Assembly (NCBI GenBank): GCA_963767735.1 | Contig: CAVYES010000007.1 | Coordinates: 256,001-320,000, forward strand | Source of the DNA: Candidatus Bathyarchaeota archaeon | Lineage (GTDB): Archaea; Thermoproteota; Bathyarchaeia; Bathyarchaeales; Bathycorpusculaceae | Direction of reading: 5' to 3' | DNA: 64,000 bases | Part shown: positions 21,524-32,382 of the stretch, piece by piece | Numbering within the stretch: position 1 is the first letter of the stretch | Layout: each line of letters begins with the position of its first letter | Made by a program: the position numbers and the translations under genes | Notes under the pieces: model-generated | The model's database searches: none | Told to the model about the DNA's origin: nothing | The model's input: only the letters and a program-made list of their open reading frames with translations

Positions 21524-22036
21524 GTGAAAACTATGCGGTTTGAATGCGGTGGCTGCAAGAAATCCTTTTCTGGTTCAGGCTTAGTTGTGTCTTCAACAAA
21601 TGGGGAAAAGAAGACTTACTGTGCGGATTGTTTTTGGGTGCTAAAGAAGGAATATGAAAAGAAGAAAACTTGTGAGGACTGCGGCTCCTTTGATGAGGAT
21701 TCATGCAAGAAGACTGGCAGAGCCTTGGTGCCTGTGAAGGCGGGGTTTAACACGTATTTTGTTCAGGCAGAAACCTGCAAAGACTTCTCCACCGAGAAAA
21801 AAGCAAATCCTGACAAAAAGAAAGATAAAGAATTAACCCCGGTGCAAAAAGAATCAGATGCCCTCATCAAGAACCTATCCAAGAAAGGACAAACCCTAAC
21901 CTACCACTGCTGCCACTGTGGAGCCCCCCTGAAAATCGGCGCAAAAGCAACCGAAATCCAAAAAACCTGCCCCAGATGCAAAGGCGACCTCGAAATTATT
22001 AACCTCTCCAAATTCATCAAACAACACCAATCATAA
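21524..22036 (+). CDS. Multi-CxxC zinc-finger protein
   Basis: CGGC, CADC, CEDC, CCHC and CPRC motifs. Confidence 0.75.
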   Translation: MKTMRFECGGCKKSFSGSGLVVSSTNGEKKTYCADCFWVLKKEYEKKKTCEDCGSFDEDSCKKTGRALVPVKAGFNTYFVQAETCKDFSTEKKANPDKKKDKELTPVQKESDALIKNLSKKGQTLTYHCCHCGAPLKIGAKATEIQKTCPRCKGDLEIINLSKFIKQHQS

Positions 22037-22132
22037 AGACAAACCTAAAAACAGAAGTTCAAAGCTAACATATCAAAAGGAACAAAGCTACCCGTTTCAA
22101 CGAAAAAAATTTTAGCTTGCTAACTCTTCATA

Positions 22133-22687
22133 GTGATTGTGCCTGCCATGACCAAATGGTTTTCGAGATGGCTTTCGAGACGCTTCGTTCTTTCGGTAGT
22201 TATTATTTTCGTTTTGATATATGCGACAATGTATTTCTCTTCTGTTTTAGCGTATAATAACTCTTTTTCTCCTGCTGGAGTAGCCGCAGCCAACCAAACT
22301 TCACAAAATATTCAGCAGATACGGCAAACCGCCACTGGGTTAAGCATATTTGTTCATAATTTTGAAACAAGCATTTGGGTGATCATTCCTATTGGTTTTT
22401 TAGGTTTTTTTGTAGTGATATGGAACACTGGGCAAACCATTGGCAGGTTGGCTTATTCGGCGGGCTACAGTCCACTTGCATATTTAGGGAGCATCAGCGT
22501 TCCTGTGGGTCTTATTGAAATGTCGGCGTACTCGATTTTGGCTGCTGAAAGCCTCTACCTGACTTACCTGTGGTTTAGGGGCAGAAGCGTAAAAGAACGT
22601 TTACTGCATGACTCATGGAAAAGCGTTATTTTATATGTCGCAGTACTGTTGGTAGCGGCATATTTGGAAGCAGCATTGATTGCCTGA
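22133..22687 (+). CDS. SpoIIM/DUF95-family membrane protein
   Basis: IFVHN...N.G...P.G.IE...YLEA pattern; several TM segments. Confidence 0.7.
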   Translation: MIVPAMTKWFSRWLSRRFVLSVVIIFVLIYATMYFSSVLAYNNSFSPAGVAAANQTSQNIQQIRQTATGLSIFVHNFETSIWVIIPIGFLGFFVVIWNTGQTIGRLAYSAGYSPLAYLGSISVPVGLIEMSAYSILAAESLYLTYLWFRGRSVKERLLHDSWKSVILYVAVLLVAAYLEAALIA

Positions 22688-22855
22688 AGAGACCAGTCGA
22701 CGCCTAAACTCCCAGATTCACCGTTTTTCCACACCGCTTAAATTCAAAATTTATCAAGCGGCACATCTTCTGCTAAAAAGTCAAGTCCCGTAGAATTTAC
22801 ACCCATATAAGGGGCTTTTGCTTTGTATTGAAATATAAACGGAGCAAGAAACAAG

Positions 22856-24265
22856 ATGACGAATGTGCGCAAGGAAACAGACAGTCTCGGCGAAGTAGAT
22901 GTTCCTGCTGACAAACTCTGGGGTGCCCAAACCCAACGTTCACTGGAGCACTTCAGCATTGGCACGGACCTGGTTCCCCGTGAAATGATTTCTGCGTATG
23001 CAATATTGAAGAAAGCTGCTGCCCACGTGAACCATGCTGACGGACGGCTTGACGAGCAGCGTTGCAAGCTAATTGTTCAGGTCTGTGACGAGATTCTCGC
23101 TGGCAAGCATCATGACATGTTTCCGTTGCACGTTTGGATGACGGGAAGCGGCACACAGTTCAATATGAATGTGAACGAGGTAATCTCTAACCGCTGCTGC
23201 CAACTCGCCGGCACACCACTTGGAAGTAAGACTCCTGTTCACCCCAATGATCACGTCAATATGGCGCAGTCGTCAAACGACACATTTCCATCTGCAATGT
23301 GCATTGCGGCAGCCGTAAATGTAAAGGAGAAACTAATTCCCGCCGTGAAGGCGCTGCAGGACTCGATTTCGGCGAAAGCTGAGCAGTGGAAAGACATCAT
23401 CAAGATTGGCCGCACCCACATGCAGGATGCAACACCAATCACGCTCGGACAGGAATGGTCTGGGTATGCGGGCATGCTTGAGGACAATCTCAAAAGAATT
23501 GAAGATGCCCTGGACGGAGTCTACCGCCTCGCACTCGGCGGTACAGCAGTGGGCACAGGCATCAATTCGGAGCCCGGCTTCGGTGAAGCTGCTGCCAAAG
23601 AAATCGCCAAGCTCACTAGTCTGCCGTTTGTAAGCGCACCAAACAAATTCACGGTGCAGGGGGCGCATGATGATCTGGTACAGCTTTCCGGCACGCTACG
23701 TACGGTGGCTGTGTCTCTCTACAAGATAGCCAACGACATTAGGCTAATGTCATGTGGTCCCCGGGCAGGCTTTGCTGAATTATTGATCCCTGAAAACGAG
23801 CCAGGCTCATCAATTATGCCGGGCAAGGTAAACCCAACCCAGGCTGAGGCGCTGACCATGGTAGCCGTTCAGGTGATGGCGAACGATGTCGCTGTAGGCT
23901 TCGGAGGCGCTGGTGGTTATCTCGAAATGAACGTCTACAAGCCACTAATTATTTTCAATGTTAGCAACTCAATCACGATAATTGCCGACGGGTGCACGAA
24001 CTTCCGCAAGTTCCTCATCGAGGGAACACAGCCGAACCTGAAGAAGATTAAGGAGTACGTAGGCCGCTCATTGATGCTCGTGACAGCACTGGCTCCAGTG
24101 ATAGGCTATGATAAGGCATCAAAGATCGCACACTACGCAATGGACAATGACCTCACTTTGAAAGAGGCTGCACTAAAACTGGGCTTGGTAACAGAAGAAG
24201 AGTATGATCGCATCGTTGATCCGGCGAAAATGGTTAGACCATACATCGCAACAGACAAGCAATAA
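22856..24265 (+). CDS. fumC: Fumarate hydratase class II
   Basis: [35 protein letters not shown]. Confidence 0.96.
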   Translation: MTNVRKETDSLGEVDVPADKLWGAQTQRSLEHFSIGTDLVPREMISAYAILKKAAAHVNHADGRLDEQRCKLIVQVCDEILAGKHHDMFPLHVWMTGSGTQFNMNVNEVISNRCCQLAGTPLGSKTPVHPNDHVNMAQSSNDTFPSAMCIAAAVNVKEKLIPAVKALQDSISAKAEQWKDIIKIGRTHMQDATPITLGQEWSGYAGMLEDNLKRIEDALDGVYRLALGGTAVGTGINSEPGFGEAAAKEIAKLTSLPFVSAPNKFTVQGAHDDLVQLSGTLRTVAVSLYKIANDIRLMSCGPRAGFAELLIPENEPGSSIMPGKVNPTQAEALTMVAVQVMANDVAVGFGGAGGYLEMNVYKPLIIFNVSNSITIIADGCTNFRKFLIEGTQPNLKKIKEYVGRSLMLVTALAPVIGYDKASKIAHYAMDNDLTLKEAALKLGLVTEEEYDRIVDPAKMVRPYIATDKQ

Positions 24266-24351
24266 CAAGCTAGAACAGTTCAAGCAAATCCTTTACTAAC
24301 ACTAAGTCAATAATTTCATAGAGGCACCAAATTTTTAGGAAAGGTAATTGA

Positions 24352-25995
24352 ATGGATAATACCGGTAAGCGTGGAATAGAGTTACTTCGGGACCCTTTCC
24401 TCAATAAGTCTACTGGGTTTAACGAAGTCGAGAAAGAGAAGTTAGGTTTGGTTGGTCTCGTCCCCGATGTCACAGAAAACGAGGAGCTGCAACTTCAACG
24501 CGTCATGATGCAACTTGGCCACAAGAACACTGACCTTGATCGTTATATCTACCTTGTGAATTTACTTGACCACAACGAAACGCTCTTCTACAGAACCATC
24601 ATGTCTGATCCGGCACGCTTTCTACCAATAGTGTACGACCCAACCATCGGCGAGGCATGCCTCAAATTCGGCCATATCTACCGCCAGCCTCGAGGCATGT
24701 ATCTCTCAATTAAGCGCCGCGGCAAAGTGAAGGAGATCCTGAAGAACTGGTCACAGAAAGATATTCGGTTCATCTGCGTTACTGACGGCGGGAGAATCCT
24801 CGGTCTTGGAGACCTTGGGGCAAACGGCGCAGGAATCCCCATCGGCAAACTTGAACTATACACCGCTTGCGCCGGTGTCCCTCCGCAGTACCTGCTGCCA
24901 ATGTTCCTTGACGCGGGCACCAACAATGAGCAGTACCTACACGACCCCCTCTATCTAGGGTTACGTGAAACGCGTCCACCGACCGTGGATCTTTTCTCGT
25001 TTGTCGATGAGTTTGTCGAGGCGGTACAGGAGGTGTTTCCGAAGTGCTGCATCCACTTTGAAGATTGGACGGGAGTAGATGCGATACATCTGCTTCAGCG
25101 CTACCGCGACAAATATTGCGTCTATAACGACGATGTTCAAGGCACGGCTGCGATTGTACTTGCAGGCATGATTAACGCAACCAGGCTCAAGGACACAAAA
25201 CTCAAAGACGAGAAATACCTGTTCCTCGGCGCGGGCTCCGCTGGTATCGGTCTCGCCAACCTGCTGTGTTCGGCGCTCGTTACCCAAGGCATGTCACTTA
25301 CGGAGGCTCAGTCCCGGGTGTACATGTTTGACATTAACGGTCTGTTGGAGACGTCTCGCAAAGACCTCGTTGACTTTCAGAAGCCATATGCTCATCAGCA
25401 CGCGCCAACCCGAGATTTCCTTGCTGCTCTAGAGAGCATAAAGCCAACCACGATCATCGGCACCAGTACTGTTGGAGGAGCCTTCACACAAAAAGTCGTT
25501 GAGAGCATCTCGAGTATCAACGAACGACCTGTGATTCTTGCGTTGTCGAACCCGACCGAGCGTGCTGAATGCACTCCTGAGCAAGCCTACACCTGGTCAA
25601 AGGGCAAGGCAATCTATGCTGCCGGCGTGCAGTTTGCCCCAGTCAGCTACAACGGTCAGACGTTTCTGCCAGGTCAGGCCAACAACTTCTACATTTTCCC
25701 AGCGGTCGGTATGGCAATCTTCGCGACTCAAGCGAGCAGGGTTTCGGATGAGATGTTTATTGAAGCTGGACAGGCGGTTGCCGATCAGGTGCAACCTGAG
25801 TTGCTCAAGCAGGGCCTTCTGTACCCGTTGCAAGCGAACATTTTGGAGACCGAAATCCAGACCGCCGCACGAGTAGCAAAGCTTGTCTTCGACTCCGATT
25901 TGGCTAGGGTCGCTCGACCCGCCGATATGGTGGCTTTCATCCGTCAGCACGTCTATAAGCCAGAATACTCAAACGAAGCCCAGTTCGTTAAGTGA
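24352..25995 (+). CDS. maeA: NAD-dependent malic enzyme (large, SfcA/eukaryote-like type)
   Basis: PIVYDPT, RILGLGDLG, IHFED, NDDVQGT, GAGSAG, LSNPT, GQANN. Confidence 0.92.
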   Translation: MDNTGKRGIELLRDPFLNKSTGFNEVEKEKLGLVGLVPDVTENEELQLQRVMMQLGHKNTDLDRYIYLVNLLDHNETLFYRTIMSDPARFLPIVYDPTIGEACLKFGHIYRQPRGMYLSIKRRGKVKEILKNWSQKDIRFICVTDGGRILGLGDLGANGAGIPIGKLELYTACAGVPPQYLLPMFLDAGTNNEQYLHDPLYLGLRETRPPTVDLFSFVDEFVEAVQEVFPKCCIHFEDWTGVDAIHLLQRYRDKYCVYNDDVQGTAAIVLAGMINATRLKDTKLKDEKYLFLGAGSAGIGLANLLCSALVTQGMSLTEAQSRVYMFDINGLLETSRKDLVDFQKPYAHQHAPTRDFLAALESIKPTTIIGTSTVGGAFTQKVVESISSINERPVILALSNPTERAECTPEQAYTWSKGKAIYAAGVQFAPVSYNGQTFLPGQANNFYIFPAVGMAIFATQASRVSDEMFIEAGQAVADQVQPELLKQGLLYPLQANILETEIQTAARVAKLVFDSDLARVARPADMVAFIRQHVYKPEYSNEAQFVK

Positions 25996-26039
25996 AAGTT
26001 TTTATGTGCTGCGATTATGAATTTTTGGTGTGATACGAA

Positions 26040-26198
26040 ATGTCAAGTGAAATGGATAAAATTAAGAAAAGACTTGATGAGCTTGAAGCAAATGTAAAAA
26101 AGCATACTTCTACAGCGGCGCATGATGATAAGAAAAGAATTGACGAGTTAGATGCCCGAGTGAAAGCTTTAGAGGAAAAAGCCAAAAAGAAACTGTAA
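26040..26198 (+). CDS. Small coiled-coil protein (52 aa)
   Basis: MSSEMDKIKKRLDELEANVKKHTSTAAHDDKKRIDELDARVKALEEKAKKKL; GGTGTGA SD; T-rich terminator follows. Confidence 0.7.
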   Translation: MSSEMDKIKKRLDELEANVKKHTSTAAHDDKKRIDELDARVKALEEKAKKKL

Positions 26199-26415
26199 TT
26201 CTCTTAAGCAGCTTTTTTCCCTCAAGTCCTTTTTTCTTGTATGAAATTTAATTCTTGAAGTGGGTGACTGCAATTTTTCTAAGAAATCACCTTCGAATTA
26301 GGGTACATCTTGCGTTTACTATCTCTTTCAGCGGCGAGCGCTTTCCAGAATGAAAACATATTAAGACTCAAAGAATTATTATGTAAATAGTTCAAGTTTT
26401 CAGCTGGTTTTTGTT

Positions 26416-26907
26416 ATGTCTTCAACTTCAATTGGTGACCAAGAAATCGACGATCTTAGTCATAAGATCATGAATGAAATTGAAAACAAAAGCTCAAAAG
26501 AGCTTGCCGGATCCGACGAAATGATAAAGATTCTGCATTTGACAGATATGCCTACGGCGAAAACGTTGCTTCAGCACGCAGACGAAGCAGCTACTGATGC
26601 CGAACGGATGGTGGGGAAAAAAGCTCTTGTAGAAGCGCTTCTGCAGTCTGTGTGGCATCAGAGATTGTATTTCATTGTTCGCTCAGTCATCATGGGCATA
26701 CTTGGGGCTTTGGTCACGCTTGTTTACTTTCTGATTTTCCACTCCTTAGACCTCATCTTGGAAATTCCCTTAGGCATATTTTCTTTCATATTTACATTGA
26801 CCGTCTCGCGATTGTTTGATGTGCAGATTGTCAAAGCAACGAGAATCATAGTTGAATTTTTAGTGAGCCATAAGCGTTTGATGGATTTTGTTCTAAGCCA
26901 CTTCTAA
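26416..26907 (+). CDS. Hypothetical membrane protein (2 TM)
   Basis: 163-aa ORF with two C-terminal hydrophobic helices. Confidence 0.7.
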   Translation: MSSTSIGDQEIDDLSHKIMNEIENKSSKELAGSDEMIKILHLTDMPTAKTLLQHADEAATDAERMVGKKALVEALLQSVWHQRLYFIVRSVIMGILGALVTLVYFLIFHSLDLILEIPLGIFSFIFTLTVSRLFDVQIVKATRIIVEFLVSHKRLMDFVLSHF

Positions 26908-27066
26908 CGCCAGAAGTTACAAGCCATCATGGTCGCTAAACGCCTGACTGACTTTTGATGGTCAACAATTATATTCTGGTGATGGCCATTGACGCCCGTT
27001 ATCGAAAATCCTTCTTTAAAGGCAAGACGTTTTCGACAGGCTAATATGTGCGTCTCAGAATAAAAC

Positions 27067-28377
27067 ATGAATGTTGGGGTATTAAATTTGGTTTCTGAAA
27101 AAGTAACGCATTTTCATGGATGCCAGATAGCAACCACTAATTCCGTGAAACAGCACAAACTGAGGAAGCTCATAGCGTGGCTATCAGAAAAAGAGGGACG
27201 GGGAATGGAGTTCATCTCGTTATACATACGCCCGCGGACATCAATAGATGATATAGTCGCAAACCTCAAGTGCGAGTCTGATTCCGCCATAAAACCCGAA
27301 AGCGGCAGAGATGTTAAGAATCGCCTTCAAGACGCCGTCAAGAAAGTAATCCAGCGTCTAAAGTTGCAGAAAGAAATTCCAGAGAATGGGCTCGCGATAT
27401 TTGCTGGAACCTTCGCGGCGAACGATGCGGAAAAAGAATTAGTGAACATCGAAGAAATTGTTCCTCCAGAGCCAATTACCGCTTATCTTTACGAGGTTAA
27501 CGACCATTTCCGGTTAGAGCCGCTGAGGGAAATGCTTAGAAACCCAAAAGTTGTTGGATTCGTAGCCTTGGATTCAAAAGAGGCGAGCTTCGGGATACTT
27601 AATGGTGAACGCCTCGAATTACTCGAAAATATCACGTCGGGAATTATGGGAAAGACCGTAAAGGGCGGTCAGAGCCAAAGGAGGTACGAAAGAGAACGCG
27701 ACATGGAAATCGGATACTTTTTCCACAGAGTGGCGGAACATGCAACAAAAGCATTTCTCGAGAACCACAAAATAACGGCTCTGATAGTTGGAGGACCAGG
27801 CCAAACAAAAGAGAACTTCTTGAAGGGAGATTACCTTAATTACGAACTAAAGAACGCGCTTCTCAACACAGTTGATACACAATCCGCCGACAAAGAAGCG
27901 GTGAAAGAAATGCTAGACAAATCATCTGAGACACTGAAGAATATGTGCGCGCCAGAGGAGAAGATGATCGTGCAGCGCCTTCTGGCAGCAGTAGGCAAAC
28001 AAGACGGTTTGGCAATTTACGGACTAGATCCAGTGCTAAACGCGCTCAAGAATGGCGAAGTGGAAGTTGCTCTAGTGACAGATAATACAGACATGATTGA
28101 AATTGTCGCGATGTGCAAAATATGCGAACTGCCAATAACCAAGATAGTAAATAAGGCTATGAAGACTCAGGCAGTACAAGAATTGATATCGAGCCCATGC
28201 GAGAAGTGCAACGCGGCAGAATATGAGGTGGAGGAGAAGGACATAATAGATGTCCTAGAGGACGCGGCTTCACAGACAAACGCAAAGGTTGAGGTCATAT
28301 CAACAGAGTCGGAAGAAAAAGCTAAACTCAAAGCTTTAGGAGGCTTCGCCGCCCTCTTAAGATACAACCATGGGTAA
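27067..28377 (+). CDS. prf1: Archaeal peptide chain release factor 1 paralogue (divergent decoding domain)
   Basis: ISLYI, PENGLAIFAG, KGGQSQRRYER, IVGGPG, GGFAALLRY; C-domain CxxC pair. Confidence 0.88.
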   Translation: MNVGVLNLVSEKVTHFHGCQIATTNSVKQHKLRKLIAWLSEKEGRGMEFISLYIRPRTSIDDIVANLKCESDSAIKPESGRDVKNRLQDAVKKVIQRLKLQKEIPENGLAIFAGTFAANDAEKELVNIEEIVPPEPITAYLYEVNDHFRLEPLREMLRNPKVVGFVALDSKEASFGILNGERLELLENITSGIMGKTVKGGQSQRRYERERDMEIGYFFHRVAEHATKAFLENHKITALIVGGPGQTKENFLKGDYLNYELKNALLNTVDTQSADKEAVKEMLDKSSETLKNMCAPEEKMIVQRLLAAVGKQDGLAIYGLDPVLNALKNGEVEVALVTDNTDMIEIVAMCKICELPITKIVNKAMKTQAVQELISSPCEKCNAAEYEVEEKDIIDVLEDAASQTNAKVEVISTESEEKAKLKALGGFAALLRYNHG

Positions 28378-28481
28378 AATGTTCCTATAAGCACATTATT
28401 TTTTGAAGCGCATCGGTTTAGCTCGCCAGCATATCCGTGGAAGCACAGGTGCCCCCAATTTTCGTACTGACCGAGCAGAGT

Positions 28482-28631
28482 CTAAGGTAATGATTGATTT
28501 TTTGGTTGCTCTTGTTTAATTGGTTCTTGGGCTGCGGTTTTTTGCTTTGTGATTTTTTCGAGGGTTAGTGACCAGTTGGTGAAGCAGTCCCACAGTAGGC
28601 TTGAGTCGGTTTGGTCTTGGTTGTTACTCAT
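28482..28631 (-). CDS. Small hypothetical protein (49 aa) coupled to the hydrolase gene
   Basis: ATGA overlap with the hydrolase stop; MSNNQDQTDSSLLWDCFTNWSLTLEKI... Confidence 0.45.
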   Translation of the reverse strand: MSNNQDQTDSSLLWDCFTNWSLTLEKITKQKTAAQEPIKQEQPKNQSLP

Positions 28632-29437
28632 TGAGTCGCCTTTAGGTATTTGTTGAAGAATGCTAAAGTCATGGTCCAGGCGTCTTCGGCTGCGGGTTTG
28701 TTGTATGAGGGTCTGTTCTCGTTGAAGAAGGCGTGTTGTGTTCCTTGGTAGATTTTCATTTGAAAGGTTTTTTTGTATTTAATCATGCTTTCTAATAGGG
28801 CAGTGACGCCGCTGGTTATTCTTTGGTCCTCCCCAGCGTAGATTCCAAATACAGGTCCTTCAATTTTGGCAACTGCTTCGAGTGGTTTCGGGTTTGCGCC
28901 ATAAAAGGGAACCACAGCTTTAAATGGGTACATAGTTGCAAGCTGGTAAGATAATCCGCCGCCGAGGCAGAAACCCGTGATTCCGAGACTTTCAGGTTCC
29001 ACAGTTTCTATAGTTTTGGCGTAGTTTATGGTGCAGAGTAGGTCTTGAGCCATTATTTTTTCGGCGTTTTCTCTGCCCGTAAAGAAAAAGTTTACTACTT
29101 TCTGGTCGTTTTCAGGCAAGGTCTTCATTAAGCTCTCGATTGCGTTTGGGTCGCCTCGTTTTTCTGGGGGAATCTGCCAAATACTCATCATGGCTTTCTC
29201 GATTGCTTGCTCAGTCATTAGGTCTTTCTGTCGGCTGAAGAGATGCGGGGCTATACTCACAAAACCCTGTTGTGCATATCTGTTTGCGACACCCTTAATC
29301 TGCTCGTTAAGGCCCCATGCTTCGTGGACAACGATGACGGCGGGCAGCCGACCGCCAGTTTCTGGAGCAGCAACATAAGCTAACATGCCAGAGCCATCAG
29401 AACACTCAACCGTTACAGTTCGACTTGAGAACTTCAT
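28628..29437 (-). CDS. Dienelactone hydrolase family protein
   Basis: VVHEAWGLN, GFCLGG, FYG, HAFFN. Confidence 0.92.
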   Translation of the reverse strand: MKFSSRTVTVECSDGSGMLAYVAAPETGGRLPAVIVVHEAWGLNEQIKGVANRYAQQGFVSIAPHLFSRQKDLMTEQAIEKAMMSIWQIPPEKRGDPNAIESLMKTLPENDQKVVNFFFTGRENAEKIMAQDLLCTINYAKTIETVEPESLGITGFCLGGGLSYQLATMYPFKAVVPFYGANPKPLEAVAKIEGPVFGIYAGEDQRITSGVTALLESMIKYKKTFQMKIYQGTQHAFFNENRPSYNKPAAEDAWTMTLAFFNKYLKATQ

Positions 29438-29846
29438 AATAAATCAATATTATCATAGCAAAAGTCACTATTTAATCGTTCTGACAGAATGCGCAGGTGC
29501 TGATTTGTTCCTAAACCGTGAAGGCGGATTTTAGAGGCTGAAAATCGGGTTATCTATCGAGGATTTGGTAAAGATTTGAGTCTAAATCGGGAAAATCAAT
29601 TAATACTCTTCGCGCTCAAAAGGTTCAAAACTGAATCGAAGGCGCATAAAGAACAAGCAAACACAAGTGTCCATATTGGATTGACCAAAATAGGCGGAAG
29701 CGGAACGCGCTTTTTCTTTGACCATCCCGCACACATAGTCAAATTCAATAGCCATTGCGTATTGACATAGACTAACATGTGTGCTTTGCGAACGTTGAAG
29801 AGAATCTTGAAAAGGGTGTGGCAGCAAGGAGAGGAACAAAGAAGAA

Positions 29847-30122
29847 ATGAAAGCTGAAAACAGTTATGTAACTACTATAACTTCGTTTATTCACAAGCAC
29901 TTAAGAAGAGGACTCAAATACGCCCTTGTAGGTACATCTGGATTTCTCATGGATGTGGGAATATTGTATGCTCTCACCCAATACGGTCACATATGGTACA
30001 TTACTTCAGAGGTGCTCGCGACGCTGGTTACCTTCGTCACAAACTATTTTTTCAACACCTACTGGACTTACAGAGACGCCATGAAGAAACTGTACGCTAA
30101 AAACGCCAACGCCCAGAATTAA
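29847..30122 (+). CDS. GtrA-family membrane protein
   Basis: KYALVG..G..MD...NYFFNTYWTY. Confidence 0.75.
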   Translation: MKAENSYVTTITSFIHKHLRRGLKYALVGTSGFLMDVGILYALTQYGHIWYITSEVLATLVTFVTNYFFNTYWTYRDAMKKLYAKNANAQN

Positions 30123-30216
30123 ACGTAAAGATGAAAAGAATGAAGCAAAACCGAATAATTACGGAGCATGAGAAATCGCAAGCTGGTTCAATTTTAAGGG
30201 GGAATAACCTATTCAA

Positions 30217-30669
30217 TTGAGAAAGCTTGCGGCGTTGGTTCTGATCATATTTATTGTTGCGGGCAGCATAGGCGCCGTTCTGATTTTAAGCAAAAAACCT
30301 CCTTCTTTGCCTCCAATGGCTCATTCGGTTCAGATAGTGAATGGGACAGCCACGGTTAACGCCAGTGCATATATCGATTACGTCTTCTCTATTCCTCCGG
30401 GTTCCTCAAGTATTCATGTTTCAGGAAACTTTACGGTACAAGCCAGCCGCGGTAGCGGCATCATTGTTTACATTTTTGACAGCACCAACTTTGACGATTA
30501 TGAAACAGGAGCTTACTTCGGCGCACTCTACCAAAGCTCACAAACTACAACAGCCCTAATCAGCTCCAACCTTGACTCAAACGGAACCTACTACATCGTC
30601 CTCGACAACACGTTATCTACGGCTGCTCAGACCGTGAATATACAAGCCAATGCCACCTACTACACGTAA
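30217..30669 (+). CDS. Membrane-anchored extracellular beta-sandwich protein
   Basis: N-terminal TM, then ...IIVYIFD...GTYYIVLDN. Confidence 0.7.
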   Translation: MRKLAALVLIIFIVAGSIGAVLILSKKPPSLPPMAHSVQIVNGTATVNASAYIDYVFSIPPGSSSIHVSGNFTVQASRGSGIIVYIFDSTNFDDYETGAYFGALYQSSQTTTALISSNLDSNGTYYIVLDNTLSTAAQTVNIQANATYYT

Positions 30670-31191
30670 AGAAAAGGAACTAAGATAGAATAGCTCTCAT
30701 TAAAATTAAAAAAGACCTTTCACTTCCACTTGATTTTAGATATGGTCAACATAAGCGCCTGAAGACACATTCCGTTTTTCATGGCGCTCCAAACTAGATT
30801 TTTGCTTTTTTTCATTTCTATTTTTTTGCATAAATTGCTGCATCATTTCACATCTCCTCTGTCAGTTTCAAGTTTTCAACTTCATCTAAGAAGAAAGATT
30901 ATTAATCGATATTCCAGATTTGCACTCAAATCTTTACCAAATTCTTACCAGATAAGCACCCACTCTAAGAAAAAGAACAAGCGCAACATCGGTCCCCAAC
31001 TATAGGGCTAATGCTATAGTTCAAACTCTCTCAAGGCGCCACGGGTTTAGCACTTAAAAGCTCAAGCCATAATCAAAATGAAGAATAGTTTTTGATATAT
31101 TCTATTGCTGAAATATGCCTTTAATTCTTAGTGCCAGTTTCTCTTGTTGAGGAGAAATCTTCAAAGGTTTTGGGGAAGGCTTCTGATTGCA

Positions 31192-31392
31192 ATGTCAGAA
31201 TTTGATAACCTTATAAAACTGTTGGAGCATCAGGGCTTCGTACTCTGGAAACGTAAAATGACCAAAGATTCTGTATTGGTGAAATTGGCAAGTATCAAAC
31301 CTGGAAAGAGCGAAGTGATTTCTCTTCGATTTGACAAAATACAAGCAGAATCAGCAAAAATCAAAAATCACATCTTTTATGGCTACGATTAA
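31192..31392 (+). CDS. Hypothetical protein
   Basis: 66-aa ORF MSEFDNLIKLLEHQGF... with a purine-rich upstream element. Confidence 0.45.
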   Translation: MSEFDNLIKLLEHQGFVLWKRKMTKDSVLVKLASIKPGKSEVISLRFDKIQAESAKIKNHIFYGYD

Positions 31393-31452
31393 AAAATCAT
31401 AACTCAACCTAAGAACAGAGAAGTTTAATGTTCTAAATTAGAAATTGAAGCA

Positions 31453-31497
31453 GGCCCGATGGGATTTGAACCCATGACTTTCAGCTCAGAAGGCTGA
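31453..31497 (-). repeat. att site: duplicated 3' half of tRNA-Arg(TCT)
   Basis: ggcccgatgggatttgaacccatgactttcagctcagaaggctga is 44/45 identical to 49906-49950. Confidence 0.93.
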
Positions 31498-31519
31498 ATT
31501 TCTCTACAAAATGTCTTAT

Positions 31520-31890
31520 TTAGATGACAAATTCTACGCCTTCTAATTTTTCGAACCATTTGTCCCCAGTTAGAAATTTCACTTTATTTTTTAGTGCAAG
31601 ATAATATCCGAGGGCGGCAGCGTAAGATATGTTGCGACCTTTTTTCTTAAGCTTCAACTTTAGCTTCATTGAACCTTCAATATCGGCTACCCCAAAGTCA
31701 ATGACATATTTAGCGAACACTTTGACTACCTGAGATGCGGCTTTTGCGCCATGAACCTCGAGAGTGCGATAATATATTTCCATTAAATTCAACTTAGTTA
31801 ATAAACCGTCATTTTCTTCAAAAAAACCTGTATTTTGGTTTATCACTAAGATATTCAAGGACGGCATAGCTATCATAGAAAAACCTCGCA
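31520..31890 (-). pseudogene. PIN-domain (VapC-like) toxin, frameshifted
   Basis: The alternative frame gives the N-terminus FFYDSYAVLEY. The C-terminus reads LNLMEIYY...ISYAAALGY...FLTGD, with the conserved Asp of SYxD replaced by Ala. Confidence 0.7.
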
Positions 31891-32181
31891 GTTTTATGCA
31901 AATCATTTAAAACGTGCTGACAAATACAGCCAGCCATTCACACTCTTCATTTGAAGTTTAGGAGTTTTGTTAAGGATTATTGCGCCTGGTTTCTCTTTAG
32001 ACTAACCTGTTCAGAACCCTTAATTGTGACTCTCTATTTCACCTTAGAACTGGCACTCAAATGGAAACTCTAAAAATTAAGGGAGGAGCTTTTAACTGTA
32101 TTTTCTTGGGCATATGGCTTAGACCTATGTTTGGGCGATGCTAGCCTAAGTCTCATTCGCAGCGGAAAGCTTATCGTTCAG

Positions 32182-32382
32182 CTATGCTTTCTTTGGCTTC
32201 AATCCCAGCTTAACATTGACCTCAACAGTATATTCTTTTTCTAGTTTTCCAACAGCAAAATTCCAGTCCTTAACTTCCACATCCATGTCTTTAAAATCTC
32301 TCATGAGGATTTCTCTGTATTCGTTTACTGTTTGACCTATTTTCTGCAACCGGTCAGTTATATCCAAATTCTTATCAGACAT
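32182..32382 (-). CDS. Small hypothetical protein
   Basis: MSDKNLDITDRL...VEVKDWNFAVGK; GGAGGTG SD. Confidence 0.7.
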   Translation of the reverse strand: MSDKNLDITDRLQKIGQTVNEYREILMRDFKDMDVEVKDWNFAVGKLEKEYTVEVNVKLGLKPKKA

